DNA of 64,000 nucleotides from Pseudomonadota bacterium (lineage in GTDB: Bacteria > Pseudomonadota > Gammaproteobacteria > Burkholderiales > Methylophilaceae). Under the pieces are notes generated by a model. That model made no database searches. It worked only from the letters and a program-made list of their open reading frames with translations, and had not been told where the DNA came from. Both the position numbers and the translations under genes were made by a program. Positions 49,506 to 61,344 of the stretch are shown piece after piece (within the stretch, counting starts at the first letter, position 1; each line of letters starts with the position of its first letter). The stretch spans positions 4,552-68,551 of the forward strand of contig JAQCBB010000001.1 of the NCBI GenBank assembly GCA_027621535.1, in the 5' to 3' direction.

Positions 49506-51168
49506 TGACAAACTCAGATCAGAGTTAATTGAAAATGGGATAGCAAAACATACGGCACAACTTTTGGCAGCCAGAAATATCAAATCCTTTGCAGATATTA
49601 ATTATTCAATTGAGATGCTTTTACCTCCTGAGCTTTTAAAGGATTGTAATGAGGCTTCAAATTTTTTATCACAAGCTATCATTGATCAAAAAAAAGTGGT
49701 TATTGTCGGAGATTATGATGCAGATGGGGCAACTGGATCTTCTGTTGCTATTTTGGGTTTTCAGCTTTTCGGGCTTGATGTAGATTTTTTAATACCGAGT
49801 CGATTTAAACAAGGTTATGGACTGTCTCCTGAAATTGTAAATCTTGCCCATTCGATGCATGCAGAAATTATTATTACTGTTGATAATGGCATTGCAAGTT
49901 TTGATGGTGTAAATAGAGCAAATGAGCTAGGAATAGATGTGGTCATTACCGATCATCATTTGCAAGCTGAAACTCTCCCCAAAGCATCCTTCATTGTAAA
50001 TCCTAATAGGAAAGACTGTTCTTTCCCGAGTAAGAGTTTGTGCGGTGCAGGTGTTTTATTTTATTTATTAATTGCGATCAGAAAGTCTTTACGAAATAAA
50101 CATTACTATTCTGATAATTTAAAAGAACCCAACTTAATGCAACTTCTTGATTTAGTTGCCCTAGCAACTATTGCTGATGTGGTTCCTTTAGATTTTAATA
50201 ATCGACTAATGTTACATTTTGGTTTAAAAAAAATAAGATCACATCAGTGTAATTTAGGAATAAAAAAATTATTTCAATTAAGCAATAAGAATCATATGGA
50301 ATGCCAAGCCTCTGATTTGGGGTTTATCATTGCACCAAAAATTAATGCTGCAGGACGAATGAATGATATGAGTCTTGGTGTTCAATGTTTAACATCAGCT
50401 AATGAGTTCGAGGCAAGTTACTATGCCAAACAGCTTATTGAATTCAATTATGAGAGAAAACAAACAGAGTCTGTCATGAAAGAGGATGCAAATAAAATCC
50501 TTAAAGATTTTAAACCTCAAAAAAAAACGATTTGTTTATTTAGTGATGAATGGCACCAAGGGGTTGTAGGAGTTTTGGCCTCTAGAATTAAAGAGGCTTT
50601 CTACAGACCCGTGATTATTTTTGCTGAAGATGAAAATAATTATTTAAAAGGATCGGCAAGATCGATCAACGGATTTCATATTCGGGATGCGATCGATATT
50701 GTTGCCAAAAAGAGTCCCCACATAATATCGACTTTTGGGGGCCATGCAATGGCTGCGGGATTAACAATTCATAAAAAATACTTTAATGAGTTTGTTAAAT
50801 TATTTGAAGAGGTTGCAGGTCAATATATCAACCATGATGATTTGAATGAGGTCATTGAATTTGATACAAGCCTGTTGGAATCAAATATAAATCTTTCAAT
50901 TGTTGAGGAAATAAATTTTTTGGAATGGGGAAATGGATTCCCAAAACCGTTATTTATGGATGAATTTGAATGTATTGATCAAGAACTTATAAAGGATAGC
51001 CACTCTAAATTAAAATTGAAATTTAAAGACTCTGTTTACGATTCTATTTTGTTTAATTTTATTGAACCTATTTTTGGTAGAATGAAATGTCTTTACACGC
51101 TTGAAACAAATAAATATATGAACAAGAGTAATGTGGTAATTAATATCAAAAAAATAATCAATGACTAA
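49480..51168 (+). CDS. recJ: Single-stranded-DNA-specific exonuclease RecJ
   Basis: The product has DHH motifs (VVIVGDYDADGATGSS, ITVDNG, VITDHH) and a DHHA1 domain (GGHAMAAG), and is 562 aa. Confidence 0.92.
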   Translation: MKLIQKKINDKLRSELIENGIAKHTAQLLAARNIKSFADINYSIEMLLPPELLKDCNEASNFLSQAIIDQKKVVIVGDYDADGATGSSVAILGFQLFGLDVDFLIPSRFKQGYGLSPEIVNLAHSMHAEIIITVDNGIASFDGVNRANELGIDVVITDHHLQAETLPKASFIVNPNRKDCSFPSKSLCGAGVLFYLLIAIRKSLRNKHYYSDNLKEPNLMQLLDLVALATIADVVPLDFNNRLMLHFGLKKIRSHQCNLGIKKLFQLSNKNHMECQASDLGFIIAPKINAAGRMNDMSLGVQCLTSANEFEASYYAKQLIEFNYERKQTESVMKEDANKILKDFKPQKKTICLFSDEWHQGVVGVLASRIKEAFYRPVIIFAEDENNYLKGSARSINGFHIRDAIDIVAKKSPHIISTFGGHAMAAGLTIHKKYFNEFVKLFEEVAGQYINHDDLNEVIEFDTSLLESNINLSIVEEINFLEWGNGFPKPLFMDEFECIDQELIKDSHSKLKLKFKDSVYDSILFNFIEPIFGRMKCLYTLETNKYMNKSNVVINIKKIIND

Positions 51169-51940
51169 AAAATACATCATCGGAAATCTAAAAATGCATG
51201 GCTCAATAAGCTTTTACGATGTTTTTTTTAAAAAACTAAGAGAATTTTCGATGCATAAATCATTAGACAAGATTGAAATTGCATTATGTTTACCATACCC
51301 CTATCTTCACTTGGCACAAAAAATTCTGAGTAATTCAGGCATTTATTGGGGCTCACAAAATGTAGCTAAAGACATTGAAGGCCCTTTTACCGGGGAGGTG
51401 AGTGCAAAAATGTTAAAAGAATTTGAATCACGGTTTTCTATCATAGGACATTCTGAAAGAAATACAGCTTACTGTGAATCAGATATAAATATTGCTGAAA
51501 AATTTTTAAGAATTAAAGAGCAAAATATGTGGCCAATCTTTTGTATCGGGGAAAATTTGATTGAGCGAGAAGCAGGGATGGAGAAAAAAGTTGTGCAATC
51601 TCAATTAGAAACTTTGGTAAATCATGGTAAACATATTTTTCATAATTCAATTATAGCTTATGAGCCAATTTGGGCTATTGGTAGCGACATGTCTGCATCC
51701 CCTGAACAAGCTAAAAGTATGTGTGCATTCATTAAAGAGTTTGTAGACAGTGAGCTGGATAAAGTGAATCAATTAGGTGGTAAAAATAAACCCGTCAAAG
51801 TCATTTATGGAGGAAGCGTAAATGAAAAAAATACGTTACAATTACTGTCTTTAGATGAGGTCGATGGTGCTTTAATTGGTAGATGTTCTCTTTCTCCTGA
51901 TAAATTTCTACAAATATGCGAAATAGCACATCAGCTTTAA
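51161..51940 (+). CDS. tpiA: Triose-phosphate isomerase
   Basis: The product has IGNLKMHG, IIGHSERN, AYEPIWAIGS and YGGSV, and is 259 aa. Confidence 0.92.
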   Translation: MTKKYIIGNLKMHGSISFYDVFFKKLREFSMHKSLDKIEIALCLPYPYLHLAQKILSNSGIYWGSQNVAKDIEGPFTGEVSAKMLKEFESRFSIIGHSERNTAYCESDINIAEKFLRIKEQNMWPIFCIGENLIEREAGMEKKVVQSQLETLVNHGKHIFHNSIIAYEPIWAIGSDMSASPEQAKSMCAFIKEFVDSELDKVNQLGGKNKPVKVIYGGSVNEKNTLQLLSLDEVDGALIGRCSLSPDKFLQICEIAHQL

Positions 51941-51968
51941 TTTTTAACCCTATAAAAAAACTATAAAA

Positions 51969-52316
51969 ATGGAAAAAATTTTAATTATTATTCACTTGTT
52001 AGCAAGCCTCAGCGTAATTGGTTTAGTTTTGCTGCAGAATGGAAAAGGTGCTGATGCGGGATCTGCTTTTGGGGGAGGGAATTCAGGCAGTATGTTCGGA
52101 ATTCAAGGGTCCTCAAACTTTTTGACCAAAGCGACTGCAATAAGTGTGATTCTATTTTTTATAACGAGCATTAGCTTAGCTCTTGTGGCGAGCAATAAAC
52201 ATAGTAATAAAAGCTTAATTAGCTCATCAGTTGTTGAACAGCTTGATGATGGAAACTCTTTTGATAACATGCAGTCAGATGAGGTGAGTGAGGAGCTCTC
52301 AGACATACCAGAATAG
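51969..52316 (+). CDS. secG: Preprotein translocase subunit SecG
   Basis: The product has LLQNGKGADAGSAFGGG...MFG and two TM helices. It is followed by a tRNA-Leu, as in E. coli secG-leuU. Confidence 0.88.
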   Translation: MEKILIIIHLLASLSVIGLVLLQNGKGADAGSAFGGGNSGSMFGIQGSSNFLTKATAISVILFFITSISLALVASNKHSNKSLISSSVVEQLDDGNSFDNMQSDEVSEELSDIPE

Positions 52317-52321
52317 TTTTT

Positions 52322-52406
52322 GCCGTCGTGGTGGAATTGGTAGACACGCTATCTTGAGGGGGTAGTGACGAAAGTCGTGAGAGTTCGAGTCTCTCCGACG
52401 GCACCA
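52322..52406 (+). tRNA. tRNA-Leu (anticodon GAG)
   Basis: Acceptor GCCGTCG/CGACGGC, anticodon arm CTATC-TTGAGGG-GGTAG, a long variable arm, T arm GAGAG-TTCGAGT-CTCTC, with an encoded CCA. 85 nt. Confidence 0.95.
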
Positions 52407-52428
52407 TTTAATTAAACGATAGGTTTCC

Positions 52429-52785
52429 ATGTTAGATTCATATTTTCCAATTTTACTTTTTATTTTTGTCGGTTTAGGTATTGGCATTGGACCTCTCATA
52501 TTAGGAAAAATCTTATCACCTCACAATCCTGATGATCAAAAAAATTCACCCTATGAATGTGGCTTTGAAGCGTTCGAGGATGCTCGGATGAAATTTGATG
52601 TTCGTTATTACCTTGTTGCAATTTTATTTATCTTATTTGATCTAGAAATCACATTCTTATTTCCATGGGCAGTTGTTCTAAATGATTTGGGACTACATGG
52701 CTTTGTTGCGATGTTAATTTTTTTGGGTATTTTGATTGTTGGGTTTATTTATGAATGGAAAAAGGGAGCATTAGATTGGGAGTAA
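52429..52785 (+). CDS. nuoA: NADH-quinone oxidoreductase subunit A
   Basis: The 118-aa product has 3 TM helices and the motif YECGFE...[17 protein letters not shown]. Confidence 0.93.
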   Translation: MLDSYFPILLFIFVGLGIGIGPLILGKILSPHNPDDQKNSPYECGFEAFEDARMKFDVRYYLVAILFILFDLEITFLFPWAVVLNDLGLHGFVAMLIFLGILIVGFIYEWKKGALDWE

Positions 52786-52791
52786 GTCAGC

Positions 52792-53268
52792 ATGAGTCTT
52801 GATGGACTGTTAGAAAAGGGTTTTATTACCACTAATTTGGATACCCTAATAAATTACACAAGAACAAATTCACTCTGGCCAATGACATTCGGTTTGGCAT
52901 GTTGCGCAGTTGAGATGATGCATGCGGGTGCATCGCGATATGATCTTGATCGATTTGGAATGGTTTTTCGACCAAGTCCTCGTCAGTCTGATCTGATGAT
53001 TGTGGCTGGAACCTTAGTAAATAAAATGGCTCCTGCGTTAAGAAAAGTTTATGATCAAATGCCAGATCCGAAATGGGTTATTTCAATGGGGTCGTGCGCA
53101 AACGGGGGAGGTTACTATCATTATTCTTACTCCGTGGTAAGAGGATGTGATCGAATTGTTCCTGTTGACGTTTATGTCCCTGGATGTCCACCAACTGCTG
53201 AGGCATTAATGTTTGGTCTAATGCAATTACAAAAAAAAATAAAAAGAACAAATACGATTGCGCGATGA
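52792..53268 (+). CDS. nuoB: NADH-quinone oxidoreductase subunit B
   Basis: The N2 cluster ligands lie in [17 protein letters not shown] and VPGCPP. Confidence 0.95.
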   Translation: MSLDGLLEKGFITTNLDTLINYTRTNSLWPMTFGLACCAVEMMHAGASRYDLDRFGMVFRPSPRQSDLMIVAGTLVNKMAPALRKVYDQMPDPKWVISMGSCANGGGYYHYSYSVVRGCDRIVPVDVYVPGCPPTAEALMFGLMQLQKKIKRTNTIAR

Positions 53269-53852
53269 CTGACTTAAAAAAAATATCTACCAACATAAAA
53301 AAAATACTCCCTGAGTACCCAATCTATCTCCAATTTGATGAAATCACCTTGTCAGTTCCAGCAGATGATGTGTCCAAAGTTTTAAAAAAGCTCAAAACAA
53401 TGAGCCAGTTAAAATTTGAACAGATGATTGATTTAGCTGCTGTAGATTTTTCTGAATATCCCCAAAAAAATTACGAAAATTGCAGATACGCAGTGGTCTA
53501 TCATTTATTGTCTTTGAAGCATAACTCACGTATCCGAGTGAAAGCTTTTATAAAAGATAATAGTTTTCCTCTTATTGAAACAATTACTTCAATATATGCG
53601 AATGCAGACTGGTATGAGAGAGAAGCTTTCGATTTGTTTGGCATTATGTTTTTAAATCATCCTGATCTGAGAAGAATTTTAACCGACTATGGATTTATTG
53701 GGCATCCTTTTCGAAAAGATTTTCCAATGATTGGAAATATTGAGATGAGATATGACCCTTCTCAAAAAAGAGTAATTTATCAGCCTGTAACAATTGATCC
53801 TAGAAATAATGTCCCTAGAGTTATTCATGACGAGGGTTTTAGAAATGGCTGA
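53265..53852 (+). CDS. nuoC: NADH-quinone oxidoreductase subunit C
   Basis: The product has [25 protein letters not shown] and is 195 aa. It is separate from nuoD. Confidence 0.93.
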   Translation: MTDLKKISTNIKKILPEYPIYLQFDEITLSVPADDVSKVLKKLKTMSQLKFEQMIDLAAVDFSEYPQKNYENCRYAVVYHLLSLKHNSRIRVKAFIKDNSFPLIETITSIYANADWYEREAFDLFGIMFLNHPDLRRILTDYGFIGHPFRKDFPMIGNIEMRYDPSQKRVIYQPVTIDPRNNVPRVIHDEGFRNG

Positions 53853-55098
53853 GATTAAAAATTACACAATGAATTTTGGACCTCAGCATCCAGCTGCTCA
53901 TGGAGTACTCCGCCTTATTTTAGAGCTTGATGGAGAAGTGATTCAAAGAGCTGATCCGCATATTGGATTGTTGCATCGAGCAACAGAAAAGCTGGCTGAA
54001 AATCGTACTTACATCCAGTCCATTCCTTACATGGATCGTTTAGATTATGTGTCAATGATGATGAATGAGCATGCTTATGTGATGGCAATTGAAAAGATGC
54101 TCAATTTAAAAGTTCCCATTCGAGCACAATATATTCGGGTATTATTTGATGAAATCACTCGCCTTCTTAATCATTTATTATGGCTTGGGTGTCATGCTTT
54201 AGACGTAGGCGCTATGTCAGTTTTCTTATACACTTTTCGCGAACGTGAAGATTTATTTGATTGTTATGAGGCGGTATCAGGGGCTCGAATGCACGCAGCT
54301 TATTACCGTCCTGGCGGTGTGTACAGAGATTTGCCTGATCACATGCCACAGTTCCAAAATACCCGCTTCAGCCGTCCAAATGTTACCCATAAATTAAATG
54401 AAAATCGTCAAGGATCTTTATTGGATTTCATTGATGATTTTGCGAACCGATTCCCAAAACATATTGATGAATATGAAACTTTATTAACCGATAATCGAAT
54501 ATGGAAACAGCGAACTGTAGGTATTGGTGTCGTTTCCCCAGAAAGAGCCATAGAATTAGGTTTTACCGGGCCTATGTTAAGAGGGTCAGGCATTGAATGG
54601 GATTTAAGAAAAAAACAGCCATATGAGGTTTATGACAAACTTAATTTTGACATACCAGTTGGAGTTGAAGGAGATTGTTATGATCGTTACCTCGTAAGAA
54701 TTGAAGAAATGAGGCAGTCAATTAATTTGATTAAACAGTGTAGTAAATGGATCAGGGTAAATCCAGGACCTGTGATTTCTGACAATCAGAAATATGCCCC
54801 CCCTAAAAGACAAGACATGAAAGAAGATATGGAGTCCATGATCCATCATTTTAAGCTTTTTACAGAGGGGTTTCATTTACCAAAAGGTGAGGCATATGCA
54901 GCCGTTGAGCATCCCAAGGGCGAATTCGGTATTTACCTGATTTCAGATGGAGCTAACAAACCATATCGTTTAAAAATCAGAGCACCTGGTTTTGCCCATT
55001 TATCCTCTTTAGATGAAATGACAAAGGGGCACATGATTTCTGATTTAGTCGCAATCATTGGGACTCAGGACATTGTTTTTGGAGAAATTGATCGATAG
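53845..55098 (+). CDS. nuoD: NADH-quinone oxidoreductase subunit D
   Basis: I prefer ATG 53845, which gives [24 protein letters not shown], the canonical NuoD N-terminus. The ORF-track start 53794 would overlap nuoC by 59 nt. Confidence 0.95.
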   Translation: MAEIKNYTMNFGPQHPAAHGVLRLILELDGEVIQRADPHIGLLHRATEKLAENRTYIQSIPYMDRLDYVSMMMNEHAYVMAIEKMLNLKVPIRAQYIRVLFDEITRLLNHLLWLGCHALDVGAMSVFLYTFREREDLFDCYEAVSGARMHAAYYRPGGVYRDLPDHMPQFQNTRFSRPNVTHKLNENRQGSLLDFIDDFANRFPKHIDEYETLLTDNRIWKQRTVGIGVVSPERAIELGFTGPMLRGSGIEWDLRKKQPYEVYDKLNFDIPVGVEGDCYDRYLVRIEEMRQSINLIKQCSKWIRVNPGPVISDNQKYAPPKRQDMKEDMESMIHHFKLFTEGFHLPKGEAYAAVEHPKGEFGIYLISDGANKPYRLKIRAPGFAHLSSLDEMTKGHMISDLVAIIGTQDIVFGEIDR

Positions 55099-55100
55099 CT

Positions 55101-55571
55101 ATGATTGAAAAGTTAAAAAAACTGATTGATAAAGAGGTCGCTAAATATCCAACTGATAAAAAACAATCTGCAGTGATTGCTGCTTTAGCGATCATGCAAC
55201 ATCATAGGGGTTGGTTATCTCAAGACGATATCAGCGATGTTGCAGTGTATTTGGATATGCCTGAAATCGCCGTCCTTGAGGTGGCAACTTTCTACAATAT
55301 GTTTGATTTAAAGCCTGTCGGGAAATATAAACTATCAATTTGTACTAACATTTCTTGCATGTTACGTGATGCTGATCAAATTGTTGATCATTTAAAAAAA
55401 ACATTAAAAATTGATTTTAATGAAATTAGTAAGGATGGAAAATTTTGTCTCAAAGAGAGTGAGTGCATGGGAGCCTGCGAAGGAGCTCCTCTGCTTACAG
55501 TAAATAACCAGAAAATGTATGAACATCTAGATGTTAAAAAAGTAGATCAATTATTAAAAGATTTAAAATAA
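55101..55571 (+). CDS. nuoE: NADH-quinone oxidoreductase subunit E
   Basis: A 2Fe-2S thioredoxin-like subunit with ligand cysteines in ICTNISC and CMGACEGAP. Confidence 0.93.
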   Translation: MIEKLKKLIDKEVAKYPTDKKQSAVIAALAIMQHHRGWLSQDDISDVAVYLDMPEIAVLEVATFYNMFDLKPVGKYKLSICTNISCMLRDADQIVDHLKKTLKIDFNEISKDGKFCLKESECMGACEGAPLLTVNNQKMYEHLDVKKVDQLLKDLK

Positions 55572-56887
55572 TGAATGAAATCCTAGATAAAAATCTTAAT
55601 TTAGAAATAAAGAACAAACAGTTATTTAATATCTGTTTAAGAACAAAGCATTTAAAAAACTCAAGCTCACTAGAGACTTATAAATCTATTGGGGGTTATG
55701 AACAGATAAAGAAAATCTTAAAAAATAAACTCGATCCACAACAGCTGATTGATGAAATTAAAATTTCTGGATTAAGGGGGAGGGGTGGTGCTGGTTTCCC
55801 AACGGGGATTAAGTGGTCATTTATGCCTCGTGATTATGATGGAATCAAATATATTGTTTGTAATAGTGATGAAGGCGAACCCGGTACTTTTAAAGATCGA
55901 GATATTATTTGCCACAATCCTCACCAATTAATCGAAGGGATGTTAATTGGAGCTTACATTATGAATGCTCATGTTGGTTACAACTATATTCATGGTGAAA
56001 TATGGGAAGAATATGTTTCCTTTGAAAAAGCCATTGAAGAAGCAAGAAAAGCAGGTCTGTTAGGTAAAAATATTTTTGGCTCAGGTTTTAATTTTGAACT
56101 GCATGCCTTCCATGGATATGGAGCATATATTTGCGGTGAAGAAACTGCACTGATTGAATCAATTGAGGGAAAAAAGGGCCAACCTAGATATAAACCACCA
56201 TTTCCTGCGACATATGGAATTTATGGTAAACCAACCAATGTGAATAACACAGAAACCTATGCTTCTATTCCTTGGATTATTGAAAATGGTGGACAAGCCT
56301 TTATGGCTCATGGAGTTAAAAATTCAGGAGGAACAAAAATATTTTCAATATCGGGCCATGTTGAAAAACCAGGGAATTATGAAATTGAACTTGGCATGCC
56401 ATTCGAACAATTATTAAATGAAGCCGGCGGGGTTTGGAAGGGAAGAAAGTTAAAAGCAGTTATCCCGGGAGGCCCATCAACACCGCTAGTGCCAGCCGAT
56501 ATTATTAGAGGTGCAACCCTTGATTATGATGGTTTAGCTAAAATCGGATCAAGTGTTGGTGCTGGTTCAATGATTATTATGGATGATACAACTTGCATGG
56601 TAACAGCATTAAAGAGATTGTCTTATTTTTTCTATGAGGAATCTTGTGGACAATGTACCCCATGTCGTGAAGGAACTGGATGGGTTTACCGAATTATAAG
56701 CAGAATTTATCAAGGACAAGCCACCCATGAAGATTTAGATCTTCTTACTGATGTAAGTAAAAAAATATCAGGACGAACTATTTGTGCACTTGGTGATTCA
56801 GCTGCAACTCCAGTCCTCAGTTTTATTAAACATTTCAGAGATGAATTTGAAGTCTTTATTAAAAATGGAAAAAAATTAGTTAATTAA
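55571..56887 (+). CDS. nuoF: NADH-quinone oxidoreductase subunit F
   Basis: The product has the FMN/NADH site [15 protein letters not shown] and the N3 cluster motif [12 protein letters not shown]. Confidence 0.95.
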   Translation: MNEILDKNLNLEIKNKQLFNICLRTKHLKNSSSLETYKSIGGYEQIKKILKNKLDPQQLIDEIKISGLRGRGGAGFPTGIKWSFMPRDYDGIKYIVCNSDEGEPGTFKDRDIICHNPHQLIEGMLIGAYIMNAHVGYNYIHGEIWEEYVSFEKAIEEARKAGLLGKNIFGSGFNFELHAFHGYGAYICGEETALIESIEGKKGQPRYKPPFPATYGIYGKPTNVNNTETYASIPWIIENGGQAFMAHGVKNSGGTKIFSISGHVEKPGNYEIELGMPFEQLLNEAGGVWKGRKLKAVIPGGPSTPLVPADIIRGATLDYDGLAKIGSSVGAGSMIIMDDTTCMVTALKRLSYFFYEESCGQCTPCREGTGWVYRIISRIYQGQATHEDLDLLTDVSKKISGRTICALGDSAATPVLSFIKHFRDEFEVFIKNGKKLVN

Positions 56888-56889
56888 AA

Positions 56890-58929
56890 ATGATAAAACT
56901 AAAAATCAACGGTAAAACCATTAAAGTTCAAGAGAAAACAACAATTATTGAGGTTGCCGATAACCATGGTATCGAGATTCCAAGATTTTGTTATCACAAA
57001 AAACTTAGCATAGCGGCAAATTGCCGCATGTGTCTGGTTGAGGTTAAAAATTTTCCAAAACCCCTCCCCGCTTGTGCAACTCAAGTTACTGATGGTATGG
57101 AAATATTTACTAAATCCAAGCAGACCAAAGAATGTCAGCAAAGTGTTATGGAGTTTTTACTTATTAATCACCCACTTGATTGCCCTATATGTGATCAGGG
57201 TGGAGAATGTGATCTTCAAGATACGGCGATGGCTTATGGAAGTCCAAAATCGCGTTATCAAGAGGAAAAACGAGTAGTTTTAAATAAAAATTTAGGCCCT
57301 TTGATTTCTACGGACTTAAATCGATGCATTCAATGCTCTAGATGTGTCAGGTTTCTAAAAGAAGTTGGAGGAATGCAGGAGCTTGGTTTAATTGGAAGAG
57401 GAGAGCATGCTGAAATTTCTGCATATGTAAAAAAATCAGTAGAATCTGAAATTTCTGGCAACGTAATTGATTTATGTCCAGTAGGGGCATTAACCTCAAA
57501 ACCCTTCCGATATTCTGCAAGAACGTGGGAAATGATTCGCAAATCTACAATTTCCGCTCATGACAGCTTAGGTTCCCATTTAGAAGCACATGTAAAAGAT
57601 GGAAATGTCATGCGAGTTCTCCCCAAGGAAAATGAAGATCTTAATGAGTGCTGGATTTCTGATCGTGATCGGTTTTCATACATGGGAATTAATGACCAGA
57701 ATCGAATTAAAACACCACTGATAAAAAAAGGGTCAACGCATGAACCAATATCATGGGAGTCTGCATTTCAATTAATTGAGAAACAATTACACCCGAAACA
57801 AAATCAGTTTAAACCTGATGATGTTGTATTTTTTGCTTCCAATCAATCAACAATGGAAGAAGCTTTTTTGTTAAAAAAAATGGCTGAGTATTTTAAATCA
57901 GATCAAATAAAATTTGATGCAGCTAATGGACCAACATTCATCAAACAACCGTCTTTAAATACTCAAGTAAAAAAAATTGAGGAATTTGAATCCATTATTT
58001 TACTTGGGTCACAGTTGAGAAATCAGAATCCTCTGATTCTTCAACGCTTAAGAAAAATGGCATTGCATGGAAAGTCAATCAATGTAATAAACCACATTGA
58101 TTTTAATTTACAGCTCAATCTAGATCAAAAAGTTATTAAACCGATTACAGAATTTAAAAAACTTTTTGAACAAATTTTAAAATATATAAAAACTAATTTT
58201 AAAAAAATATCTAAAACCGTGGAGCAAAAGCTTTCAAAAACTATATCTAACAAAACCTTATTGCTAATTGGTGAAGATGTTTACTCGCATCCAGAATTTT
58301 TAAAATTTGCACCCATCATAAATAACATTATCGATGAAACTGCTATGCAATTTGGATGCTTACCTACTGGTGCTAACTCTGTTGGTTTGCATCAACTATT
58401 TAGTTATTATAAAAATAAGGTTGAAGTTAAAAATTACCAAGCAAGTCTCACTATTAATTTAGATCCAGCATTTGATATCGCTGACTCAGAAATACATGAA
58501 AAGATTATGCAAAAATCAAAGTTTAATATTCTCATATCACCTTTTCTTAATCAGAATAACAAACACTATGATTTAATTTTACCCTCAGTAACACACTTTG
58601 AAAATGAGGGAAGTTTTCTGAATATTGAATCAAGACTGCAAATTTTTTCGCAAACAATTGTCCCGAAATTTGAATCAAAGCCACTTTGGAAAATTTTAAG
58701 AGTTATGGGAAATTATATTGAATGCCCAGATTTTGAATTTGAGGCATGTTCACAGATAACCAATAAAATTAATAATAAAATTCATACCTTTAAACAATTG
58801 AATTTAGTTAACGAGGAGTTAAAGAATTATAAATTTAATTATCGTCTAGCAAATATAAACCAGTCAGATTTATTGGTACGAAAATCAAGAGCACTTCAAG
58901 ATATTCTTCATTTAAGGAATGAAAAATAA
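56890..58929 (+). CDS. nuoG: NADH-quinone oxidoreductase subunit G
   Basis: The product has an N-terminal 2Fe-2S (CYH..L...ANCRMC) and 4Fe-4S motifs (HPLDCPICDQGGEC, CIQCSRCVRF). It is 679 aa. Confidence 0.93.
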   Translation: MIKLKINGKTIKVQEKTTIIEVADNHGIEIPRFCYHKKLSIAANCRMCLVEVKNFPKPLPACATQVTDGMEIFTKSKQTKECQQSVMEFLLINHPLDCPICDQGGECDLQDTAMAYGSPKSRYQEEKRVVLNKNLGPLISTDLNRCIQCSRCVRFLKEVGGMQELGLIGRGEHAEISAYVKKSVESEISGNVIDLCPVGALTSKPFRYSARTWEMIRKSTISAHDSLGSHLEAHVKDGNVMRVLPKENEDLNECWISDRDRFSYMGINDQNRIKTPLIKKGSTHEPISWESAFQLIEKQLHPKQNQFKPDDVVFFASNQSTMEEAFLLKKMAEYFKSDQIKFDAANGPTFIKQPSLNTQVKKIEEFESIILLGSQLRNQNPLILQRLRKMALHGKSINVINHIDFNLQLNLDQKVIKPITEFKKLFEQILKYIKTNFKKISKTVEQKLSKTISNKTLLLIGEDVYSHPEFLKFAPIINNIIDETAMQFGCLPTGANSVGLHQLFSYYKNKVEVKNYQASLTINLDPAFDIADSEIHEKIMQKSKFNILISPFLNQNNKHYDLILPSVTHFENEGSFLNIESRLQIFSQTIVPKFESKPLWKILRVMGNYIECPDFEFEACSQITNKINNKIHTFKQLNLVNEELKNYKFNYRLANINQSDLLVRKSRALQDILHLRNEK

Positions 58930-59952
58930 ATGGAAGAATTTTTAAAACAATATTTAGATCCGAAATTCGCCATCACTTTTGCATATCTTATTAAAATTTT
59001 TTGTATCGTGATACCCGTAATGATATCGGTCGCCTATCTTACCTACTTTGAAAGGCGAGTGATCGGCTTTATGCAATCAAGAATTGGTCCAAACCGTGTG
59101 GGTTTCTTTGGATTACTTCAACCCATCGCTGATGCTTTAAAGTTGTTATTTAAAGAAATTATTCTTCCCGCAAAATCTAACAATTTTCTTTTTTTCCTAG
59201 CCCCATTATTATCTATAGCACCAGCCTTGGCGGCTTGGGCAGTAATTCCATTTGGATTTGAGATGGTACTTGCAGATATTAATGCCGGCCTTCTCTATGT
59301 TCTAGCCATGACCTCTATAGCTGTTTATGGTGTCATTATTGCAGGATGGGCGTCAAATTCGAAATATGCATTTCTTGGCAGCCTTCGTTCGGCTGCACAA
59401 ATTGTGTCTTATGAGATAGCTATGGGATTTACTTTAGTGGGAGTCCTAATGTGTGCTAATAGTTTAAATCTAGGAGAAATAGTTATGGCACAACAAGGGG
59501 GAATATCACAATGGTATTGCTGGCCATTGTTCCCATTATTTATTATCTATTTTATCAGTGCTGTTGCAGAGACCAATCGTGCCCCTTTTGATGTCGCTGA
59601 AGGCGAGTCAGAAATTGTTGCTGGTTTTCATGTGGAATATTCTGGTATGGCTTTTGCTTTATTTTTTCTTGCTGAATACGCAAATATGATTTTGGTTAGT
59701 ATTCTTGCAGTCATAATGTTTTTAGGTGGTTGGATGTCACCTTTTTCTTTCATACCCGATGGTATTTTTTGGTTATTAGTTAAAGTTGCATTTGTATTAT
59801 TTTTCTTTATATGGTTTCGGGCAACTTTCCCCAGGTATCGTTATGACCAAATCATGCGACTTGGATGGAAAGTTTTTATCCCTCTCACTTTAATATGGAT
59901 TATCTTTATTGGGGCGATGATGCAAACAGATTATGCGGAGTACTTCCACTAA
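58930..59952 (+). CDS. nuoH: NADH-quinone oxidoreductase subunit H
   Basis: The product has [18 protein letters not shown] and [26 protein letters not shown]. Confidence 0.95.
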   Translation: MEEFLKQYLDPKFAITFAYLIKIFCIVIPVMISVAYLTYFERRVIGFMQSRIGPNRVGFFGLLQPIADALKLLFKEIILPAKSNNFLFFLAPLLSIAPALAAWAVIPFGFEMVLADINAGLLYVLAMTSIAVYGVIIAGWASNSKYAFLGSLRSAAQIVSYEIAMGFTLVGVLMCANSLNLGEIVMAQQGGISQWYCWPLFPLFIIYFISAVAETNRAPFDVAEGESEIVAGFHVEYSGMAFALFFLAEYANMILVSILAVIMFLGGWMSPFSFIPDGIFWLLVKVAFVLFFFIWFRATFPRYRYDQIMRLGWKVFIPLTLIWIIFIGAMMQTDYAEYFH

Positions 59953-60443
59953 TGAAAAATTTTATTATGAATATTGTTAAAAGCTTAACTTTGCATGAGT
60001 TACTCAGAGGCATGGGTTTGACACTGCGATATTTTTTTTCAAAAAAAATTACCATTCAATATCCAGAACAAAAAACACCACAATCACCTAGATTTAGAGG
60101 CCTTCTTGCGTTAAGAAGATACCCAAATGGAGAGGAAAGGTGCATCGCTTGTAAATTGTGTGAGGCGGTTTGCCCGGCAATGGCAATTACGATCGAATCT
60201 GAACAAAGAGAAGATAATACTCGAAGAACAACACGATATGATATTGACCTTACTAAGTGTATTTTTTGTGGATTTTGTGAAGAGTCATGCCCGGTTGACT
60301 CGATCGTAGAAACGCGACAATTTGAATATCACGGTGAAGAGCGTGGTGATCTTTTATACACCAAAGAAATGTTATTAGAGGTGGGTAAAAAATATGAAAA
60401 ACAAATTGCAAAAGATCGCAAACAGGAATCTAAATTTAGATGA
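59952..60443 (+). CDS. nuoI: NADH-quinone oxidoreductase subunit I
   Basis: I prefer ATG 59952, which overlaps the nuoH stop as TAATG. The product has two 4Fe-4S ferredoxin motifs ([24 protein letters not shown]). The ORF-track start 59865 lies inside nuoH. Confidence 0.93.
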   Translation: MKNFIMNIVKSLTLHELLRGMGLTLRYFFSKKITIQYPEQKTPQSPRFRGLLALRRYPNGEERCIACKLCEAVCPAMAITIESEQREDNTRRTTRYDIDLTKCIFCGFCEESCPVDSIVETRQFEYHGEERGDLLYTKEMLLEVGKKYEKQIAKDRKQESKFR

Positions 60444-61036
60444 TGCAATTTTCTGATTATATATTTTATTTTTTTAGCTCGATCTTAATATTAGCTTCTT
60501 TAAAAGTGATTACAGCAAATAACCCGGTTTATTCTGCTTTATCATTAGTACTAGCTTTTTTTAGTGCAGCCGGTATTTGGCTATTATTGCATGCTGAATT
60601 CCTTGCAATCGCGTTGGTGTTGGTATACGTGGGAGCAGTGATGGTTCTCTTTTTGTTCGTCGTGATGATGCTTGATATAAATTTGGAATCATTAAAAAGA
60701 GGATTTTGGAGTTATTTTCCTTTTGCGATCTTAATTGCCGGAGTATTTATTGTTGAGATCTATTTAGTTGTCTCTGATAAATTTTTTCTAGAGTCTCAGA
60801 TTGAAACTTTTGGCACATCTAAAAGCAACACACATTCTATTGGTAATATTTTATACACCGATTATTTGCTTCCATTTCAAATATCCGCAGTTATCCTTTT
60901 GGTTGCGATTATTTCTGCAATTGCATTAACAATGTCTGGCCATAAGTCACATAAAGCAATCGATCCAAAGGATCAAATTAAGGTCAAAAGAAATGACCGA
61001 ATTCGTATAGTTAAAATGAAATCTGAGAAAAGGTGA
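60440..61036 (+). CDS. nuoJ: NADH-quinone oxidoreductase subunit J
   Basis: A 198-aa membrane subunit with the motif [17 protein letters not shown]. Confidence 0.9.
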   Translation: MMQFSDYIFYFFSSILILASLKVITANNPVYSALSLVLAFFSAAGIWLLLHAEFLAIALVLVYVGAVMVLFLFVVMMLDINLESLKRGFWSYFPFAILIAGVFIVEIYLVVSDKFFLESQIETFGTSKSNTHSIGNILYTDYLLPFQISAVILLVAIISAIALTMSGHKSHKAIDPKDQIKVKRNDRIRIVKMKSEKR

Positions 61037-61344
61037 TGCCAGTTACTTTATCTCATTATCTCTTTTTAGCTGGAATTTTATTTGCGATTAGCATTCTAGG
61101 TATTTTTCTCAACCGAAAAAATATCATACTTATTTTAATGGCAATTGAATTAATGCTACTTGCGGTCAATATTAACTTTATTGCTTTTAGTTATTACCTG
61201 GGGGATTTAGCTGGACAAATTTTTGTTTTTTTTATCCTCACCGTTGCCGCTGCTGAATCTGCAATTGGGTTGGCAATTATTATCTTAATCTTTAGAAATT
61301 ATAAATCGATAAATGTTGCAGACTTAAATAGATTAAAACAATGA
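61036..61344 (+). CDS. nuoK: NADH-quinone oxidoreductase subunit K
   Basis: The product is about 102 aa with 3 TM helices and has [14 protein letters not shown]. The start is ATG 61036 (TGATG overlap with nuoJ) or GTG 61033. Confidence 0.92.
   Translation: MPVTLSHYLFLAGILFAISILGIFLNRKNIILILMAIELMLLAVNINFIAFSYYLGDLAGQIFVFFILTVAAAESAIGLAIIILIFRNYKSINVADLNRLKQ

Noticed and set aside
53794-53844. Long N-terminal extensions suggested by the ORF track for nuoD (53794), nuoI (59865) and purB (42290)
   Set aside because: The extensions overlap the upstream gene or add residues absent from the conserved N-termini. Internal ATGs at 53845, 59952 and 42254 give canonical N-termini with typical short overlaps.
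56890-58929. NuoG seemed short (679 aa) and its C-terminal third looks poorly conserved and A/T-rich
   Set aside because: Subunits of about 670-700 aa are normal for the 75-kDa-type NuoG/Nqo3 of many non-enteric bacteria. All N-terminal Fe-S motifs are intact and the gene is flanked normally by nuoF and nuoH.
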